DNA from: Patescibacteria group bacterium
GTDB lineage: Bacteria > Patescibacteriota > Patescibacteriia > 2-12-FULL-57-11
DNA: 64,000 bases
Direction of reading: 5' to 3'
Assembly (NCBI GenBank): GCA_004297205.1
Contig: SCUL01000001.1
Span: 157,862 to 221,861 of the forward strand
This document shows, one piece after another, positions 16,262-26,027 of this stretch; position 1 is the stretch's first letter, and every line of letters starts with the position of its first letter. A program made the position numbers and the translations under genes. The notes beneath the pieces are model-generated. The model was not told the origin of the DNA, did not search any database, and worked only from the letters and a program-made list of their open reading frames with translations.

Positions 16262-18301
16262 GCGGGTGCTGACGACGAACCCACGGTCTACCCGCAGGTT
16301 CGTCTGGAGACGGTACCGTGCATCCCCGAACTCGGCAACCTCCTCCCCCGGCTCGGCCGAGGTGACCCGGCGCGGCAGGTCGATGGTCAACGACAAGGGA
16401 AAAGACTGCGTCCCGAGCTGTTTTTGGACGACCAGCGAATAACTGCCGTCCGAGATCTGCCGGGAGACGTTGGCCGGCAGCGCATAGGTGAAGGTCAGGG
16501 TGCGCTCATCGCCCGGTTCGATCGCGGTGAAGGCGCCGAACCAGGTCTTCCCCTCTTCGACGCCGGCATCCGGCACGCCCGGCGCGAGCGAAGGATTTTT
16601 GGTGCGGTCGTTCTTCAGCGAACCGTCGACGCGGATGAGTTTGCTGCCCTGCGGCACGTAGATGCGCGCGTAGGTGCGGTAGCGCGTGGTGCGGAAGGTG
16701 AACGTGCCGTTGTTCTTGTAGCGCATGCTGGCCGTGGCGATGATCTGGCCGTCCGGCGCGACGCGCAGCGCGTAGCCGAGCGAGCGTTCCATCACGACGT
16801 CCGTTTTGAGCGCGCCGAGGTTGGCGTCGACCCAGCGCAGGTAGTCGCCGTCGGCCGCGACCATGCGGCCCGCCCAATGGTGCTGCTCGAAGGCGCCCTG
16901 CAGCACCGGGTCTTTCTCGTACAACAGGATGCGCTTCTCGGTGAGGTGCTTCTGGACCGCGGCCAAACCTTCCGGCCAGCGCTCCGCAGGCAAAGCAAAC
17001 ATCTTCTGGAATACCTGGGACACCAGCTTGCCCAGGATTTGTTTGCGTTGCGACTCGGGGAGGCCCTGGGTCAGGAAGGCCTGGTGGACCTGGTACTGCA
17101 GCTCGTCGAGCAGGTTGTCGGCCGTAAAGGTCACGCCGTCGACGGTCACGGGCCCGACCATGCGCAACAGGTCGGCCGCCACTTCCGGCGTGATGGCGAT
17201 GATGCCGTCGACCGCGGGAAGATCGGGCCGGGCCAGGGCGCGCTCGCGGTCGTAGAGCGCGATGACCTGCTCGGAGGAGCGACGGAAGTCCGGCGACCAG
17301 TTGGCGTCGCGCATCCCCCACTCCTTGATGTTGATGTAGTCGGCGAAGGGTTTGGGCGCCGGCAGCCCGACGCGGCCGAAGGTCGGCGCGTCGAGCGCGT
17401 AAACGTCCTCGCTGGAGAAACGCGTCACCTCCCCGTTCGACGTGGCGATGATGCCGAACGAACCGATGAATCCGCCGCCGGGGCGCAGCTCGGTGTTGTT
17501 GAGCATCAGGAACATGTACGTCTTCGGCGTCGGGTAGCCGGCCATCGCGGGCAGGATTTCGGCCAGCGGCGCGATCGGCAGCAAGGCGTCGCGCAGTTGC
17601 GCCACGCGCGCTTTGAGCGGCAGGATCTGTTCGGCCAACGGACCGGCCAGGCCGTCCGAGGGAATGCTGTCGATTTCCTGGAGCGCGGCGCGCACCCGGC
17701 GGTCGATGTCGTTGATCTTGGGCGCGGCGGCGGCGAGCTTGGCCAGCATGGCCCGCTTCTCTTCCGGCGTCAGCGAGGCCAGCGTGGCCGCGGACGGCAC
17801 CTCGACGATCGTTCCTTCCGCCGCGCTTTCGAGCGCCAGCAAATCATGCAAAATCTTGAAAGCGTCGTTGACGGCGCCGGTCGAAACGGTCGCCGCGGTC
17901 AGCAGATGGTCGACGGCTTTGACCTGCGTGCCGAGCGACGGGATCGGCAGGAACACCAGGAACGGCCCGGCGAACATCCGCGCCCGGTTGAAGTGTCCTT
18001 CAGCGGCCGTCATCTGGCGCTGGAAGCCCGCGGTATCCGAGGCGGCCAAGGCGTCCTGGGCCTTACTGAGCGCAGCGCGTCCGGCCAGCGCCGAGGCCGC
18101 GGCGATCCCGCCCGCCCCGGCAAACACGACGATGACGATCACGATGAGCGCCAGCAGCCCGCGCACCCAGCGGCGGCTCGCCTTGGGCAGGCGCACCACG
18201 CGGCGTGCCGGCGGACCGGCGTCTTCAACGAAAACAGGCCCCCGCGGAAGCGGCGGTTCGGCGGCTTTCTTTTGGACGCTCCGCAGGTAATCGTGGGGCA
18301 T
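16259..18301 (-). CDS. DUF4012-domain membrane-anchored protein
   Basis: LNNTELRPGGGFIGSFG, RDANWSPDF, N-terminal TM. Confidence 0.88.
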   Translation of the reverse strand: MPHDYLRSVQKKAAEPPLPRGPVFVEDAGPPARRVVRLPKASRRWVRGLLALIVIVIVVFAGAGGIAAASALAGRAALSKAQDALAASDTAGFQRQMTAAEGHFNRARMFAGPFLVFLPIPSLGTQVKAVDHLLTAATVSTGAVNDAFKILHDLLALESAAEGTIVEVPSAATLASLTPEEKRAMLAKLAAAAPKINDIDRRVRAALQEIDSIPSDGLAGPLAEQILPLKARVAQLRDALLPIAPLAEILPAMAGYPTPKTYMFLMLNNTELRPGGGFIGSFGIIATSNGEVTRFSSEDVYALDAPTFGRVGLPAPKPFADYINIKEWGMRDANWSPDFRRSSEQVIALYDRERALARPDLPAVDGIIAITPEVAADLLRMVGPVTVDGVTFTADNLLDELQYQVHQAFLTQGLPESQRKQILGKLVSQVFQKMFALPAERWPEGLAAVQKHLTEKRILLYEKDPVLQGAFEQHHWAGRMVAADGDYLRWVDANLGALKTDVVMERSLGYALRVAPDGQIIATASMRYKNNGTFTFRTTRYRTYARIYVPQGSKLIRVDGSLKNDRTKNPSLAPGVPDAGVEEGKTWFGAFTAIEPGDERTLTFTYALPANVSRQISDGSYSLVVQKQLGTQSFPLSLTIDLPRRVTSAEPGEEVAEFGDARYRLQTNLRVDRGFVVSTR

Positions 18302-18310
18302 TGTCCTCCG

Positions 18311-18403
18311 TTGTCATCCTGAACGGCAGTGAAGGATCATGTCAGCCCGTGCAAGAAACGCTGCAGGGGCCGGAAGGATTCTTCGCTTCGCTCAGAATGA
18401 CAA
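18311..18403. repeat. GTCATCCTGAG-family palindromic element, copy 2
   Basis: ttgtcatcctgaac..gaaggatc...ggattcttcgcttcgctcagaatgacaa. Confidence 0.85.
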
Positions 18404-18405
18404 TG

Positions 18406-19227
18406 TTACAACCGAATTGGTTCTCCCGTTCTCGGATTCGGCTTGCGCCAATACTTCCGGAAGTATTGTACCGCGCTTCGGATATGAATGCGCGTCACGG
18501 GGTTGGTGATGACGGCAAAGACGTCCCCTTCCGCGCTCTGCCGCTGGTGCAGGTGGATGAGCGAAACGTGCGGCAGGTAGACGACTTTCCAGCCCTTTTC
18601 CCAGAACCGGCGGCACCAATCCACGTCGTCGAAGTAGAGGAAGAACCGCTCGTCGAGGAGTCCCACTTCGGCCACGGCCTCACGTCGCGCCACGAAGGCG
18701 CCGCCGAGCAACCAATCGACTTCGGTCGGACCGGTGGGCTGGGCGTCCTTCATCAGGAAGCGGTCGATTTTGCGGCTGCCCCAGGCGGTGCGGCCGAGCG
18801 GCGTGCGCCGCAGCACCGGCACGTCCATGGTATGGAAACGGTAGTGCGAATCCTGCGCCGATCCGTCGCCGCTGAGCAGCTTCGGTCCGACCATGCCGAC
18901 CTCCGGATGCGCGTCGAGATGTTGGACGAGCTGTTCGAGGACGCCGTCCTTCACGAAGATGTCCGGATTCATGATCATGACGTACCGCCCCTTGGCCGCG
19001 GCCAGTCCAAGATTATTCCCGCCGGCGTAGCCACGGTTCGTCGACGACTCAATCAGCACATGCTCCGGGAACTCGGCGTGCACCATCTCCCCCGTCCCAT
19101 CGCCGCTGGCGTTGTCCACGACGATCACTTCGTAGCGCAGCTGCGGGTTCGCAAAACGGATGCTCCGCAAACATTCGCGCAGCAGCCGTTTGGTTTTGAA
19201 ATTGAGGACGATGATCGAGAGGTCCAT
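18406..19227 (-). CDS. GT2 glycosyltransferase (WbbL-like)
   Basis: VVDNASGDGT, NRGYAGGNN, MNPD, DERFFLYFDDVD. Confidence 0.92.
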   Translation of the reverse strand: MDLSIIVLNFKTKRLLRECLRSIRFANPQLRYEVIVVDNASGDGTGEMVHAEFPEHVLIESSTNRGYAGGNNLGLAAAKGRYVMIMNPDIFVKDGVLEQLVQHLDAHPEVGMVGPKLLSGDGSAQDSHYRFHTMDVPVLRRTPLGRTAWGSRKIDRFLMKDAQPTGPTEVDWLLGGAFVARREAVAEVGLLDERFFLYFDDVDWCRRFWEKGWKVVYLPHVSLIHLHQRQSAEGDVFAVITNPVTRIHIRSAVQYFRKYWRKPNPRTGEPIRL

Positions 19228-19760
19228 CAATAGCTGATTAGAGCGTCCAATTTGTCATTGATATCCTTCAGCCGCTGCGAGTAGGTGTTAATACTCGTTT
19301 CGTGGCCCAAGGGAGTCCGAGCAGATATGGACAAAGAAAGGGTGTCGAGGATGTCCTTTCTCAGTTTCTTTGGAAGCAGCGCAAAACTGACACCCTCAAC
19401 CAACTTATTGTAGAGAGGTAGTACGGCAAGCTTATAGAATCGCAGTTGGTCCTGGTCACGCTCGGTTGAGTCGAGCGAAACATCGAGAACTGCCCTTAAT
19501 GTCGCCAGGACCCTCTCCTCCTCATAGGTCTTCAGTTGAGCTCTCACCTTGGCTGCATTATCAACCTTTTTGTCCCAACCAAAACGCTTGTAGCCCCAAA
19601 TTCCACCTAGGATAATGGCTACGGCCTGAATCGAACTTCCGGTATATGAAATGGCGTCTTTGAGGCACACCGAGAAGAAACCAACCAGAAGCCAGATCGT
19701 GCAACCGTAGAGCAAGATAACCACGAGAACAATCATCGAGACGAATTTCCTATCCGTCAT
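19227..19760 (-). CDS. Low-GC two-TM orphan protein
   Basis: MTDRKFVSMIVLVVILL...; AT-richer codons; start and stop overlap the flanking GT2 genes. Confidence 0.7.
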   Translation of the reverse strand: MTDRKFVSMIVLVVILLYGCTIWLLVGFFSVCLKDAISYTGSSIQAVAIILGGIWGYKRFGWDKKVDNAAKVRAQLKTYEEERVLATLRAVLDVSLDSTERDQDQLRFYKLAVLPLYNKLVEGVSFALLPKKLRKDILDTLSLSISARTPLGHETSINTYSQRLKDINDKLDALISY

Positions 19761-20812
19761 ACCAGCCACTTCCTCACGCTCTGCGCTCCGCCGCGCGCAT
19801 TGGCGGCGGCGCGGATGGCGGCGCGCTTTTTGAGCATCTTGCCGGTCAGGGAGAGCGTGGCGGGAATCGCTTTGAGCGAACCCGGCTCCGAGAACGTCAG
19901 GTAAACGAGCTTGGCGATCTCGTACGGGAAAAAGCGGTAGCCGTGCAGGAGCAGGCCGCCGAGCGTGTCGTTCTTGATGAGCATCATCCAGTGGTTGCGC
20001 GTCGACCAGTAGTTCACGAGCGACGACTTCTCGCGGCGTTCGCGCACGGCCGTGGCCAACGAGCGCTGCTCGCTGCCTTTGGCGGTGCGGTAATGGTAGG
20101 CCACGGCCTCCGGCACGTAGCGGCACGGGATGCCGAGGGTCTGCAGCCGCCAGGCCAAATCGACGTCCTCCTTGTAGTTCTGGAAATCCTCGTCGTACAG
20201 TTCGCCGTCGACCGCCGCGATGTCGAGCGCCGGCATGCGGTAGAGGGCCAGCGCGCCGGACACGCCGAACACGTCGCTCCCCGTTGCGTAGCGTTCCCCG
20301 TCTTCCAGCGCGGCGCCGCGTTCCACCACGGCGCGGCTCTTGCGGATCAGGAGGCCGGCCGAGTCGATGAGCGTCGTCTTTTTGGGTTCCTCCCGCTCGT
20401 CGGCGCGCGTCACGCTGATCACCTTGCGCAGCTTGCAGGCGAAGCTGCCCGCTTCCGGATGCGCGTCGGCCGCGGCCACGAGCTTCTCCAGGAAGTCCGG
20501 CTCGAGCAGGATGTCCGGATTCGTCACCAGCACGAGTTTGTCGTCGAGCGGTTCGCCCGCCTTCTGCCAGAGCGAGTGCGCAAAGGCCACGGCCTGGTTG
20601 TGGCCCGCGGCGAAACCGCGGTTGTTGGCGTTCCGGAGCGTGGCCCAGCCCGGGTGGTTGTCACGGACGTGTTCGATGCTGCCGTCGGTCGAGGCGTTGT
20701 CCACGACGATCACCGAAAAGTCGCGGTAGGTTTGCGCGGCAATGCTCTCCAGGGCCTGCGGGAGATATCGCATGCTGTTCCAGGACACGATGTGGATGCT
20801 GACGCGTGCCAT
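19757..20812 (-). CDS. GT2 glycosyltransferase
   Basis: VVDNASTDGS, NRGFAAGHN, TNPD, YKEDVDLAWR. Confidence 0.92.
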   Translation of the reverse strand: MARVSIHIVSWNSMRYLPQALESIAAQTYRDFSVIVVDNASTDGSIEHVRDNHPGWATLRNANNRGFAAGHNQAVAFAHSLWQKAGEPLDDKLVLVTNPDILLEPDFLEKLVAAADAHPEAGSFACKLRKVISVTRADEREEPKKTTLIDSAGLLIRKSRAVVERGAALEDGERYATGSDVFGVSGALALYRMPALDIAAVDGELYDEDFQNYKEDVDLAWRLQTLGIPCRYVPEAVAYHYRTAKGSEQRSLATAVRERREKSSLVNYWSTRNHWMMLIKNDTLGGLLLHGYRFFPYEIAKLVYLTFSEPGSLKAIPATLSLTGKMLKKRAAIRAAANARGGAQSVRKWLV

Positions 20813-20819
20813 ATCAAGA

Positions 20820-22337
20820 TCAAACGGCTTCGGGAACGGCCGCGGGCATGGCGGCGCGCCGCTTGGCCGTGACGTTGAAGCCGAGCTTCTTGCCGGTCAT
20901 GAGGCGCGTGATGGCGTCGACGGCCGGGATCGAGCCGAAGGCCACGAAGGTGATGGGCAGGAGCAGCCACTGGAAGACCATGGTCAACCAGCGGTGGCCG
21001 GGCACGTGGGCCGGACGCGGCGGCAGAAGGGCCAGGGACATGGCGGCGGACACCAAGACGCCGATGTTGGTGACGAGCATGATCTGCTCGATCGTGAACG
21101 GCGCGTTTTGGAAAAAGGCCAGGCCGCGGACCCCGCCCTCTGCGGCGATCCAAAACGGGAGCCGCCCGAGCGCGAACATCAGGATCGGCGCGGTGGCCCA
21201 GGAATACGAGCCTTCGAGCGCATTGAAGATGTACTTGGCCTTCACGCGCAGCGGCGTGGCCCGGTCGCGGCCCATGTTCCAGACCAGCCACGGAAAATGC
21301 TCCACGCCCCAGGCCCAGCGGCGGATTTGGCGATACAGGGCGCCGAGCGACTGCGCGTACGTTTCGCCGTTGACCATGTCCATGGAGACCGGCAAGTACA
21401 GCGGCACGATGCGGTAATCGCCCTTGTAGTGGGTGATGCACTGCAACGAGATGCGGCTGTCCTCGGAGACGATGTCCTTCTGCCAGTAGCCGACGTCCAC
21501 GAGCGCGCGGAAACTCATGGAGTGGGAGGAGAACGTCAGCAACCGGTCCTGGCGCACCAGTTCGTTCATCAGCCAGAAGGTGGTGCCGAAGGCGGCCACG
21601 CGCACCGGCGCCTTGGCTTCCCAGATGTTGTTGTTGTACAGCGCGATCGGCTGGTAGGAAGCGCGCGTCGGATGGGGCGTCGTGAGGTACGTCTCCGCCA
21701 GATAGGCAAAGTACTGCGGGTGCGCCACGGTGTCGACGTCGAAGGCCGAGACGATGACCTTCTCGTACGGGATGCCGAGCTGGTCGATATGGGCGCGCAC
21801 TTCGTGGCCGGCCCAGTTCAGGTTGGAACCCTTGCCAGGAATTTCGTCCGGCAGGTCCGCGGGGTGCAACGTCACGAGCAGCGAACGGAAGGTGCCGGCG
21901 AACTCGCGCTGCATCTTCTCGGCGACGGTCAGGAAGCGGTCGCCGTCGCGCTCTTCCCCGGCCAGGACCACGATCATGCGGTCCTTGGGATAGGCCATGG
22001 CAGCCAGCGAGCGCAGCGTGCCGCGGATCACGCCGATCTCCTCTTTATAGGTCGGCAAAAACACGACGTGGGTGATGTCGCGGAACTCCGGGCGGACCGA
22101 AACCTTGGCCAGCCAGTCGGTGCGGCCGGCCAAGCGGAAGCGGCTCCAGGCCAGGCACAGGTTGGTCACGAAACGCAGGACACGGAACAGCCACAGCAGG
22201 TCGTAGATCAGGATGTAGCCGAGCACCCAGAGCGGAAAAAAGACCGAGCCGACCAGCGCCAACGCGAAGGTCGCCCAGACGGCGATGCCGGGGATCATCT
22301 CCAAGACGCGCATGATGTGATGCTCTTTGATGGTCAT
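20820..22337 (-). CDS. Membrane-embedded processive-type GT2 glycosyltransferase
   Basis: LPTYKE, GKGSN, FDVD, SEDS, QIRRWAWG (QxxRW); multiple TM segments. Confidence 0.88.
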   Translation of the reverse strand: MTIKEHHIMRVLEMIPGIAVWATFALALVGSVFFPLWVLGYILIYDLLWLFRVLRFVTNLCLAWSRFRLAGRTDWLAKVSVRPEFRDITHVVFLPTYKEEIGVIRGTLRSLAAMAYPKDRMIVVLAGEERDGDRFLTVAEKMQREFAGTFRSLLVTLHPADLPDEIPGKGSNLNWAGHEVRAHIDQLGIPYEKVIVSAFDVDTVAHPQYFAYLAETYLTTPHPTRASYQPIALYNNNIWEAKAPVRVAAFGTTFWLMNELVRQDRLLTFSSHSMSFRALVDVGYWQKDIVSEDSRISLQCITHYKGDYRIVPLYLPVSMDMVNGETYAQSLGALYRQIRRWAWGVEHFPWLVWNMGRDRATPLRVKAKYIFNALEGSYSWATAPILMFALGRLPFWIAAEGGVRGLAFFQNAPFTIEQIMLVTNIGVLVSAAMSLALLPPRPAHVPGHRWLTMVFQWLLLPITFVAFGSIPAVDAITRLMTGKKLGFNVTAKRRAAMPAAVPEAV

Positions 22338-22379
22338 GGCTGTACAAACGGCGTATTCAAGCAAGAAACAGGTGTCTTG

Positions 22380-22763
22380 TCAACGCCGCGTGCGGCGCTT
22401 CGGCATGGTGATGTTCGGCGTGCCGGCGTAGGCCACGCGGGTCAGCGGCGCACCCGCCGAGGCGATCTCCGCCGCGGTCGGCTCTTCCCCGCGCCAGCGG
22501 AAGGCGCGCGCCGGGATCCCCAAACAAAAGGCCATGGCTCTGGCAATCACCACGCCCTGCCGGACGCCGGAGAAACTGCCGCCGCCCGTGACCACGCCGA
22601 TGCGCTTCAATTTGCCTGCGCCGCCGCGGCCGGCCAGGATTTTTTCAACGGCCGCGAGCATGCCGTCCTTGTCGGCGACGTCGCGGGTGGCGACGATGCG
22701 CCGTCCGTCCATGAGCACCAAACGTGTTCGGCCGGGGTCGCGCGGATCGATCGCCAGCGTCAT
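22380..22763 (-). CDS. tsaB: Short TsaB-like protein
   Basis: MTLAID..., IGVVTGGGSFSGVRQG resembles GPGSFTGxRIG; only 127 aa. Confidence 0.65.
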   Translation of the reverse strand: MTLAIDPRDPGRTRLVLMDGRRIVATRDVADKDGMLAAVEKILAGRGGAGKLKRIGVVTGGGSFSGVRQGVVIARAMAFCLGIPARAFRWRGEEPTAAEIASAGAPLTRVAYAGTPNITMPKRRTRR

Positions 22764-22764
22764 A

Positions 22765-23418
22765 TCACAGCTGGGCCAGACCGCCGGTCCTGTCCACGAG
22801 AACGATCTTCTTGGCTTCCAACAGCGAGAACAGGAAGCGGTCAGTGACGTCCTTGCGGTACTTGAACTCACGCGGGGTGAGCACGGTGTAGTCGATGGCG
22901 TGCCCCACCTCGGCTTCGAGCTCGGCAATGAGCGCCGTGAGCGGCTTCTTGGGCAGAAGTCCGACCACCAGCATGTCCGTGGGGATCGAACGGTCGCCCA
23001 GGAAGCGGCCCATGAGTCCCACGTACTGCACGTCGCCCAAATCCTTGATGCGCTGCAGGATCTGCTCCTCGACGAGGAGATCGGCCTTGGTGATCAAGGC
23101 GCGCAGTTCCGGGTAGAGCAGATGCTCCTGGTTGGTTTGGTAGTACTTGCGCTCGGCCAGCGGCGCGCGGCGGCCCTTCTTGGGCGCCTCACCCGGCTCC
23201 AACTCGGCCTCGGCGGGCGTTTCACGGCGCGAAGCGAGCAGCCCGACCTTCTCCAGCGCGTCCAATTCGCGCCGCACGGCGTGGATTTGCACGCCCAGAC
23301 GCCGGCTCAGCTCGCGTACATAAAAGCTTTCCTCCGGGTGATGCAAAAACAGCCGGAGGAGCTTCACGCGCGTGGAGGAGCCAAAAAGGTGTTCAATCGT
23401 GTTGTTTTTCTTGCTCAT
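22765..23418 (-). CDS. Winged-HTH protein with C-terminal nucleotidyltransferase-like domain
   Basis: LFGSSTRVKLL..FYVRELSR..VRREL; C-terminal G.F....DMLVVG. Confidence 0.75.
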   Translation of the reverse strand: MSKKNNTIEHLFGSSTRVKLLRLFLHHPEESFYVRELSRRLGVQIHAVRRELDALEKVGLLASRRETPAEAELEPGEAPKKGRRAPLAERKYYQTNQEHLLYPELRALITKADLLVEEQILQRIKDLGDVQYVGLMGRFLGDRSIPTDMLVVGLLPKKPLTALIAELEAEVGHAIDYTVLTPREFKYRKDVTDRFLFSLLEAKKIVLVDRTGGLAQL

Positions 23419-23442
23419 GGGTGGCGGGGCGTGACGGAAGTG

Positions 23443-23471
23443 AGTATAATGAGGTGTCCCTTCAGGGTCAA
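23443..23471. promoter_or_regulatory. Overlapping divergent promoters
   Basis: Minus strand TTGACC(23471)-17-TATACT(23448); plus strand TATAAT at 23445-23450. Confidence 0.6.
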
Positions 23472-23481
23472 CCGACGCGCT

Positions 23482-25563
23482 GTGGCCGGGAACTACCACT
23501 GGAAAATCGACAGCTATACGCATGAGAAAGGCGAGCTTCCCAAGGCCCGCCTGTTCAGCATTCCCGTGACCTGCGCCGACGGACCTGGCAGGTTCTTCGG
23601 TTTCATTGTCACCAAGACGCCGGCCACGACCAAGGCGCTGACGGACCTGGCCGACGAGCTGGCCGGCAAGGGGGAAGTCCGCCAGCCGGCCGCCGGCTGG
23701 TTCGAAAAGCTGCTGGCCGCCGCCAACCGCCGCTTTGCCGGCGCCGTCCAAAGCGGCGAATACCGCGGCGATGAGATGGAAGAGCTGGTCGCCTTGTGGG
23801 GTCTGCAGGTGAGGAACGGCGTCTCCTTGGCCCGCCACGGCGCGGCGCACGCCTTCCTGCTGCAGCTCAAGGGCCGCAGGGTGCAGTGCACCGACTTGTT
23901 CACCGATTCGGCCGCGCCGCGCCCCCACGTACTGTTCGGCGAAGTCATCTCCGGCGCGCTGGGCACCGGCGACAAGATTTTCTTCACCGGCCACGAACTC
24001 CTGAACTATCTCTCGCTCCCCCATCTGCAGGAAGTGCTGGCGGAAGAGGCCGATCCGCTCCCGATCGTGGGTGAAGCGCTGGCCGACGTGGACGAGCGCA
24101 CGCCGATCACGGCCGCGCTCATGCACTCCGTGAAGATCGACCGCGCCGTGCGCGTGGCCGCCGAGTCGCCCGCGGCCTCGATCGAAAACCTGCTTGCCAA
24201 GACCAAAGACACCGAAGCCTGGCTGTCGCCGCCGCTCCTCTCCGACGTGAAGGGCATGATGAAGGGCGCGGCCGAGTCGATGCAAAAGATGATGCCGAAG
24301 GCGAAATCGACGAAACCGGAATCACCCAGCGTCGGGGCGATTCATGAATCGCCCCTGCCGGAATCGAAGCCCATCGACGCCGGCAAGGGCATGATCACGC
24401 GCCTCAGCAAACTCCCCTCGCAGATGGGCGGCCTGCCGGCGCGCCTCAAGACCAGCTTCGCGGCCATGCCGCAACAGTCGCGCTTCGTGCTGATCGGCAT
24501 CGGCGCCGTCGTCGTCCTGCTGCTGGCGAGCATCGGCTGGAAGATGATCGCCGATGCGCGGGAGAACAAGGCCGCGGCCTACACCGCGCAGCTCTCCGAC
24601 GTGCAAAAGCAGCGCGATGACATCGAAGCCGCCCTCATCTACAACGACGAGGACCGCGCCTGGAAAGCGCTCGACGCCGCCCGCGTCGCCGTGGCCGCGC
24701 TGCCCCGCAAGACGTCCGCCCAGCAGCAGACCGTGCGGGACCTGGAGGCGCAGCTCGAACTCGACGCCCAAAAACTCCGCCACGTCATCCGCGTCACGCC
24801 GGAAACGGTCTCCGCGCTGGGCGAAGTGGCGCTCCCCTCCCCGGTCGCCCTGGTGCTCCGGGAGAACGACGCGGTGGCCGTGGACAAGGTCGGCCTGATC
24901 GTTTCTTTCCCGCGCGCCGGCGGCCCCGCCGCTGGCGGGGTCGTGTCCATCGTGCCCGACCGCAGCTACAGCGCCGCGACCGCGGACACCGCTTCCTCGG
25001 TCCTCCTCACGAACGGTACCGAGGTCTATACGCTGAGCGACGCCACGCTGACCCGCTTTACGACCACGGCCATCGCCGACGCGCCCCCCACGGACGTGGC
25101 GCTCTGGAACCGTCGCCTCTACGTAGCCGAACCGGCCAAGAACCAACTTTTCCGCTACTCGCGCGAAGGCACGGGCTGGGGCGCCAAGACCGGCTGGGTC
25201 CAGACGCCGAACCCGGACCTTGGCGACGTCACGGCCATCGCCATCGACGGTGCCATCTGGACGGCCGGCTCCGGCGGCAAGGTGCAAAAATTTGAGAGCG
25301 GCATCCGCCAGGCCTTTGCGCCGAAGCGCGTCGAGCCGGCGATCTCCGCCCTGACCGACATCTGGACCGGTCCACAAAGTGAAAACCTGTACCTGTTCGA
25401 TGCCGCCGGCAAGCGCGTCATCGTACTGGCCAAGGACACCGGCATGCTGCGCACCCAGTTCACCGCCGACTGGAAGAATCCCACGCAGTTCGCGGTGGAC
25501 GAGAAGAATAAGACGGTCTACGTACTGGATGGCACGACACTGACCAAGTTCCCCCTTCCGTAA
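23482..25563 (+). CDS. Membrane protein: degenerate PP2C-like N-terminal domain, central TM, C-terminal beta-propeller; start uncertain
   Basis: ISGALGTGDKIFF; TM FVLIGIGAVVVLLLASIG; repeats LYVAE, AIDGAIW, LYLFD, VYVLDG. Confidence 0.7.
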   Translation: MAGNYHWKIDSYTHEKGELPKARLFSIPVTCADGPGRFFGFIVTKTPATTKALTDLADELAGKGEVRQPAAGWFEKLLAAANRRFAGAVQSGEYRGDEMEELVALWGLQVRNGVSLARHGAAHAFLLQLKGRRVQCTDLFTDSAAPRPHVLFGEVISGALGTGDKIFFTGHELLNYLSLPHLQEVLAEEADPLPIVGEALADVDERTPITAALMHSVKIDRAVRVAAESPAASIENLLAKTKDTEAWLSPPLLSDVKGMMKGAAESMQKMMPKAKSTKPESPSVGAIHESPLPESKPIDAGKGMITRLSKLPSQMGGLPARLKTSFAAMPQQSRFVLIGIGAVVVLLLASIGWKMIADARENKAAAYTAQLSDVQKQRDDIEAALIYNDEDRAWKALDAARVAVAALPRKTSAQQQTVRDLEAQLELDAQKLRHVIRVTPETVSALGEVALPSPVALVLRENDAVAVDKVGLIVSFPRAGGPAAGGVVSIVPDRSYSAATADTASSVLLTNGTEVYTLSDATLTRFTTTAIADAPPTDVALWNRRLYVAEPAKNQLFRYSREGTGWGAKTGWVQTPNPDLGDVTAIAIDGAIWTAGSGGKVQKFESGIRQAFAPKRVEPAISALTDIWTGPQSENLYLFDAAGKRVIVLAKDTGMLRTQFTADWKNPTQFAVDEKNKTVYVLDGTTLTKFPLP
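24331..24358. repeat. REP-like palindrome inside a CDS
   Basis: gtcggggcgattcatgaatcgcccctgc. Confidence 0.7.
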
Positions 25564-25572
25564 CGCGTAAAA

Positions 25573-25600
25573 GAAAAACACCCCGCGCGGGGTGTTTTTC
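25573..25600. terminator. Bidirectional terminator
   Basis: Perfect palindrome gaaaaacaccccgcgcggggtgtttttc between convergent genes. Confidence 0.85.
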
Positions 25601-25613
25601 GTTCGGACCAGGA

Positions 25614-26018
25614 TTACTTGATAGTGACCTTGGCGCCGGCCTCTTCGAGCTTCTTCTTCATCGTCTCGGCCGTGGCCTTGTCGACGCCTTCCTTCATGAC
25701 CTTCGGAGCACCGTCGACCATGTCCTTGGCTTCCTTCAGCCCGAGCTGGGTGAGCTCGCGGACGGCCTTGATGACGTTGATCTTCTGCTCGCCGGCGGAG
25801 GTGATCTCCACGGAGAAGCTCGTCTGTTCCTCGGCAGCGGCGGCGCCGGCTCCCGGAGCTGCAGCCATCATCATGGCCGGAGCGGCGGCGGAGACGCCGA
25901 ACTTGTCTTCGAGGACCTTCACGAGTTCCGCAAGGTCGAGCACGGACATCTTCTCCACGGTCTCCACGAGGGCCTTGAACTTCTCGGGGACCACGACGTC
26001 TTTCTTTTCATCGGACAT
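25614..26018 (-). CDS. rplL: 50S ribosomal protein L7/L12
   Basis: [26 protein letters not shown]. Confidence 0.98.
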   Translation of the reverse strand: MSDEKKDVVVPEKFKALVETVEKMSVLDLAELVKVLEDKFGVSAAAPAMMMAAAPGAGAAAAEEQTSFSVEITSAGEQKINVIKAVRELTQLGLKEAKDMVDGAPKVMKEGVDKATAETMKKKLEEAGAKVTIK

Positions 26019-26027
26019 AGTGCGGGG

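Noticed and set aside
16139-18322. Long plus-strand ORFs (also 20742-22847, 32786-35131, 36352-39234, 51696-53771)
   Set aside because: Antisense shadows of recognisable minus-strand genes in high-GC DNA; no motifs.
22534-23481. N-terminal 316 aa of the 1009-aa ORF
   Set aside because: Antisense to tsaB and the wHTH gene; a TATAAT at 23445 places the real start later.
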